Source: Candidatus Nomurabacteria bacterium
Lineage (GTDB): Bacteria; Patescibacteriota; Minisyncoccia; Phycocordibacterales; CAIZLB01
DNA length: 64,000 bases
Reading direction: 5' to 3'
Assembly (NCBI GenBank): GCA_943356525.1
Contig: CALRFG010000001.1
Coordinates: 75,919 to 139,918 of the forward strand
Part shown: in pieces, positions 59,713 to 64,000 of the stretch
How positions within the stretch are numbered: position 1 is the first letter of the stretch
How the letters are laid out: each line of letters begins with the position of its first letter
The notes under the pieces: generated by a model
Databases searched by the model: none
The model's input: the letters and a program-made list of their open reading frames with translations, nothing else
Told to the model about the DNA's origin: nothing
Translations under genes and position numbers: made by a program

Positions 59713-60363
59713 ATGACATCTTTAGAAAACCTAACACAACCTATATCAGTATTAGAAACTTTAAAAATAAAAATTAAAGAAGCTATAGAAAAAGCTAAAA
59801 ATAATCCTATAGCTGAATCAAGGCTTATTGAAGTAGAAGTTTTAAATAATAAAATGGAAGATAATTTTATAAAAAAAGGTTATCACGATACAGAAGATAT
59901 TATTCAGGAAGATTTGATTTTAGCTGAAATATTAAAATCAACATCTTTGGCTGACAATATTATTGAGTTTGAAGAAATGCTTAAACAGATAGCTTCAGAG
60001 TTTGGATTATCAGAAGAATGGGCTAAAGACTTATTAGCCCACGAAAATGCTCATGCTAACGTTTCTGAATCTCTGAATGAAGATTGGATAGGATATGGTG
60101 CTGTTTTTATAAAAGATGAGCAAGGTGCACTATCCAATATACAACCAATACATTTTTCAAGACCAAAGATGAATTGGGGACCAAAAGAATCAATTATAAA
60201 AAAAATAGAAGTATTAAGTGCACCTAGATTATATGGAAATGAGTTATCGGAAGGGGATGAGTCAGATTTAAAAATAAATAATGAAAGATTAGAAAAGATT
60301 AGATTAAATGAGGAAAAAGATAAAATTCACATAGCTGAACTCAGAGGAAGATTAGGAATTTAG
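59713..60363 (+). CDS. Hypothetical protein with HExxH motif
   Basis: LLAHENAHA; start MTSLEN. Confidence 0.7.
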   Translation: MTSLENLTQPISVLETLKIKIKEAIEKAKNNPIAESRLIEVEVLNNKMEDNFIKKGYHDTEDIIQEDLILAEILKSTSLADNIIEFEEMLKQIASEFGLSEEWAKDLLAHENAHANVSESLNEDWIGYGAVFIKDEQGALSNIQPIHFSRPKMNWGPKESIIKKIEVLSAPRLYGNELSEGDESDLKINNERLEKIRLNEEKDKIHIAELRGRLGI

Positions 60364-60466
60364 CTATAGTATAATCCATATATGAAAAAAAATAATAATT
60401 AGAGCGACATTAGAAAGAGAGATAGTTTTTCAGTGCAAAAAAAAATTCATTTGATATAATATAAAC

Positions 60467-60913
60467 ATGAAAAGTAAAAAAATATTAGCGTTATTAATTA
60501 TCATTGTTATAGCTGTACTCGGCTATGCTATTTTTAGAAAGCTTAACCCATCTGAAAAAATACCAGAAGGGCAATTATCTGAAAAACAAATCAAAACTCT
60601 TGTTAAAAAAGTTTCAAAACTTATAAATGTTCCTGAAGAGTCCCCTGTTGTAATAACTATTAAAAAAGCTGAGCAACTTATAGCCTCACAACAGTTTTAT
60701 GTAGGTTCTAAAGACGGTGACTATTTAATGGTTTTTCCAAAAACCAAAAAAGCTATTATATACAGAAAAAGCGAAGATAGACTTATAAATGTAGGTCCAA
60801 TCATTATTGATCAACCTGCTACAACTACAAAACCTGTGGTTAATGAAATACAAGCTGTTTCTACAAGTAGTAAGGCAACTCCTGATATCAAATCAGCGAA
60901 AGATAAAGAATAG
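60467..60913 (+). CDS. Hypothetical membrane-anchored protein
   Basis: N-terminal TM; TGaTATAAT 6 nt before ATG. Confidence 0.75.
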   Translation: MKSKKILALLIIIVIAVLGYAIFRKLNPSEKIPEGQLSEKQIKTLVKKVSKLINVPEESPVVITIKKAEQLIASQQFYVGSKDGDYLMVFPKTKKAIIYRKSEDRLINVGPIIIDQPATTTKPVVNEIQAVSTSSKATPDIKSAKDKE

Positions 60914-60920
60914 TAAAAAA

Positions 60921-61727
60921 CTATCTTATCCATCTATCTAACAATATCCCACAGGCAACTGACGCATTTAATGACTCTGCCACACCGTGTGAAGGTAGTG
61001 TTACTCTAGTTTCTATTTTATTTAAGGCTATTTCATTTATACCATTTGACTCATTACCTATAACTAGTGCACCTGTTTTAGGCCATTTAAAATCATTTGC
61101 ATTTTGACCACCAAGTGTTGATGCGATTATATTAACATCTATTCTGTTTTTATTTATAATATTTAATATTTCATTTGTATCCCTATATATAACGTTAACT
61201 CTAGAAAATGAACCCATAGAAGCTGAGATTGTTTTTGGATTATAAATATCAACAGTACCAATAGATGCGATAATAGTTTTTACACCATACCAATCGGCAA
61301 GACGTATAATAGTACCCATATTTCCAGGATCTCTTATGTCATCGAGCATCAAGACTTTTTCAGTTTGAAGTAATTCCGCAATGGCATCAACAGTAAGATC
61401 AATTTTTTCGAGCTGATTTACTACAGCTATGGCAGTACACTCACTTTTCAAACTTTCCATTGTGGATATCTTATTTATTTCGCCAGCTTCAACAAACTGA
61501 GGTTTTAACCATTTTTCTATGGCCGCATGTCTTTTTCCACACTCTTTTAATTGGTCAGCGTATTTTTGGGAAAAATCCTGAGTTATAAATAATTCTACTA
61601 TAACCATATCAGAAACCAATAGCTCGGCTACACTTTTTTCACCCTCAACTAAAAAGATGTTTTTCTTATTACGTTCTTTTTTATCAGTGAATGCTTTTAA
61701 TGCCTGTATTTTACCTTTTGTTAACAT
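60921..61727 (-). CDS. TrmH/SpoU RNA methyltransferase
   Basis: DPGNMGTIIRLADWYG, IGNESNG, ESLNASVA. Confidence 0.93.
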   Translation of the reverse strand: MLTKGKIQALKAFTDKKERNKKNIFLVEGEKSVAELLVSDMVIVELFITQDFSQKYADQLKECGKRHAAIEKWLKPQFVEAGEINKISTMESLKSECTAIAVVNQLEKIDLTVDAIAELLQTEKVLMLDDIRDPGNMGTIIRLADWYGVKTIIASIGTVDIYNPKTISASMGSFSRVNVIYRDTNEILNIINKNRIDVNIIASTLGGQNANDFKWPKTGALVIGNESNGINEIALNKIETRVTLPSHGVAESLNASVACGILLDRWIR

Positions 61728-61779
61728 GAATTTGAGTATAGCATATATTTCTTAGAAATATGTGTTATAGTAAAATTAC

Positions 61780-62508
61780 ATGAAAACCAACAAAGATGTT
61801 AACAAGAGTAAAAAAAACCAGTTTTGGAATAAAGAGTATAAAGAACCTTCACATCTTCAGCTTTCAGAAGATCCGGCAGGAGACCTTCTTAGTTTTGTAA
61901 AATGGGTAAATAGAAATGCTGAATGGCCAGCTTTTAATATGGGAGGTTTCGTTTTGGACATAGGTTGCGGAAATGGTCGAAATATAGGAAATCTTTGTGA
62001 ACAATATCATATGAAAGGTTTAGGTTTTGACATATCTGACGAAGCCATAAAGATGGCAAAGGAGAAATTTGCTCATCTTAAAAGTTTACATTTTATAAAA
62101 CAAAGTATGTTTGAACCTGTTGATTTACCAGCTGAATCAGTAGATGTTATCCTTGATATGATGGTTTTTCATTTCCTAGACGATGCTAAAAGACTATCTT
62201 ATATAAAGGACAAAGCTAGACTTATGAAGCCTTTTTCCTGGATGTTATTAAAGACATTTGTCCTAGACAATGATCAAAACGCCATAAGAATGATAAAGGA
62301 CTATCCAACTCCAGACAAAGAACATAACTCATACATACACCCCAAGTTTAAAGCTTTAGAACATGTTTTTACTGAAGATGAGCTGGTAGAATTACTATCT
62401 CCATATTTTAAGATACACAAGATGATAAAATCATATAAGCATTTTAAAGACGGTAAGCCTTATAAAAGACGTACTGTATCTGTCTACTTGGAAAGAAAAA
62501 GAGATTAG
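61780..62508 (+). CDS. Class I SAM-dependent methyltransferase
   Basis: VLDIGCGNGRN, GFDIS. Confidence 0.9.
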   Translation: MKTNKDVNKSKKNQFWNKEYKEPSHLQLSEDPAGDLLSFVKWVNRNAEWPAFNMGGFVLDIGCGNGRNIGNLCEQYHMKGLGFDISDEAIKMAKEKFAHLKSLHFIKQSMFEPVDLPAESVDVILDMMVFHFLDDAKRLSYIKDKARLMKPFSWMLLKTFVLDNDQNAIRMIKDYPTPDKEHNSYIHPKFKALEHVFTEDELVELLSPYFKIHKMIKSYKHFKDGKPYKRRTVSVYLERKRD

Positions 62509-62541
62509 GCTAATATAAGTAAATCCCAAGTCAGGGATTTT

Positions 62542-62614
62542 GCCGATGTAGCTCAGACGGTAGAGCAACTCCATGGTAAGGAGTAGGTCGCCAGTTCGAT
62601 TCTGGCCATTGGCT
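62542..62614 (+). tRNA. tRNA-Thr(GGT)
   Basis: gccgatg/cattggc, actcc-atGGTaa-ggagt; upstream of tuf. Confidence 0.93.
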
Positions 62615-62725
62615 CATTTGACTTTTATCTATTATCTGATAAACTTTGTGTATTATATATTTATAGATATAATTGGTAAAAAATTAATTAATTAACAAAA
62701 TAAATTTAAATAAAATAAAATAATT

Positions 62726-63925
62726 ATGGCAACAGCAGCATTTGATAGATCAAAAACACACGTGAACGTTGGAACAATCGGACACGTTGACCACGGTAAG
62801 ACAACTTTAACAGCGGCTATTTTGAGTACACTTTCAAAAAAAGGAAACGGTTATGATGCAAAGGTTCTTGATATAGCTCATATCGATAAAGCTCCAGAGG
62901 AGAAAGCTAGAGGTATCACTATCTCTCTTGCTCACTGTGAATACGAAACTCCAAACAGACACTACGCTCACGTAGACGCTCCAGGTCACGCCGACTATAT
63001 TAAAAACATGATTACAGGTGCTGCTCAAATGGACGGTGCTGTACTTGTTGTTGCTGCAACTGATGGACCTATGCCACAAACTCGTGAGCACGTTCTTCTA
63101 GCAAAACAAATCGGTGTACCAAACATTCTTGTATTTATGAACAAATGTGACATGGTGGATGATGCAGATATGTTAGACTTGGTTGAAGAAGAGATCAGAG
63201 AACTACTAACAAAGAACGGATTTGACGGTGCAAATGCCCCTGTTATAAGAGGTTCAGCCTTGAAAGCACTAAACTCTACAGACGTAAATGACGAGTGGTC
63301 ACAAAAGATCATAGATCTAGTAGATGCTATCGATACTTTCATACCAACTCCAGTTCGTGAGACAGATAAACCATTTCTTATGCCTATAGAAGATGTATTC
63401 TCTATCGAAGGACGTGGAACTGTTGTTACAGGTCGTATAGAGAAAGGTATAGTTAAAGTTGGTGAAGAGATCGAGATCGTTGGTCTTAAAGATACTGTTA
63501 AAACAGTTGTTACAGGAGTAGAAATGTTCAACAAATCTCTACAAGAAGGTCAAGCTGGAGATAACGCTGGTCTACTTTTGAGATCTGTTAAAAAAGAAGA
63601 TTTATCAAGAGGTCAAGTTCTTGCAAAACCAGGTTCAGTTACACCTCATACAGAGTTTGAAGCTGAAGTTTATATCTTAAAGAAAGAAGAGGGAGGACGT
63701 CATACACCATTTTTCTCAGGATACAAACCTCAATTCTACGTTAGAACAACTGACGTTACAGGAGAAGTTACTCTAGAAGAAGGTAAAATGGTTATGCCTG
63801 GAGATACAGTTACTTTCAAAGTTAAACTTGTAGCCCCAATCGCTCTAGAAGATAAGCAAAGACTTGCTATCCGTGAAGGAGGTAAAACTGTAGGTGCTGG
63901 AGTTGTTACAAAGATTGTAAAATAG
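62726..63925 (+). CDS. tuf: Elongation factor Tu
   Basis: [33 protein letters not shown]. Confidence 0.99.
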   Translation: MATAAFDRSKTHVNVGTIGHVDHGKTTLTAAILSTLSKKGNGYDAKVLDIAHIDKAPEEKARGITISLAHCEYETPNRHYAHVDAPGHADYIKNMITGAAQMDGAVLVVAATDGPMPQTREHVLLAKQIGVPNILVFMNKCDMVDDADMLDLVEEEIRELLTKNGFDGANAPVIRGSALKALNSTDVNDEWSQKIIDLVDAIDTFIPTPVRETDKPFLMPIEDVFSIEGRGTVVTGRIEKGIVKVGEEIEIVGLKDTVKTVVTGVEMFNKSLQEGQAGDNAGLLLRSVKKEDLSRGQVLAKPGSVTPHTEFEAEVYILKKEEGGRHTPFFSGYKPQFYVRTTDVTGEVTLEEGKMVMPGDTVTFKVKLVAPIALEDKQRLAIREGGKTVGAGVVTKIVK

Positions 63926-64000
63926 TGCTCTAAAAGCCTTTTAAATCAACAAAAGTATATATCTATACAAAAAATGCAATTACTCTAAAAAAGTGTTGCT

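Noticed and set aside
62615-62725. A sixth tRNA-tailored element after tRNA-Thr
   Set aside because: No antisense T-arm or GTACT hairpin; only a promoter-like sequence and the A-rich tuf leader.

Overview
AT-rich, gene-dense bacterial chromosome segment. The gene content (type IV pilus operons, split ComEC, translation genes, many small membrane proteins, almost no biosynthesis, rplK without rplA) points to a Patescibacteria/CPR organism of Parcubacteria type; this is inference, not a database result. It holds about 70 CDS, 8 tRNAs and two type II toxin-antitoxin pairs. No rRNA, CRISPR array or transposase was found. The main finding is a family of five 75-140 bp structured elements, one downstream of each of five tRNA genes. 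They share a scaffold, but their variable parts are antisense and/or direct copies of the 3' end of the particular neighbouring tRNA. Other notable items: a DUF3800 gene with a putative ncRNA, bracketed by two covarying palindromes; pervasive extended -10 boxes 6-7 nt before start codons (leaderless transcription); a standalone RNAP alpha-CTD-like protein; a PEP-CTERM protein; and a membrane-anchored HEPN-motif protein.
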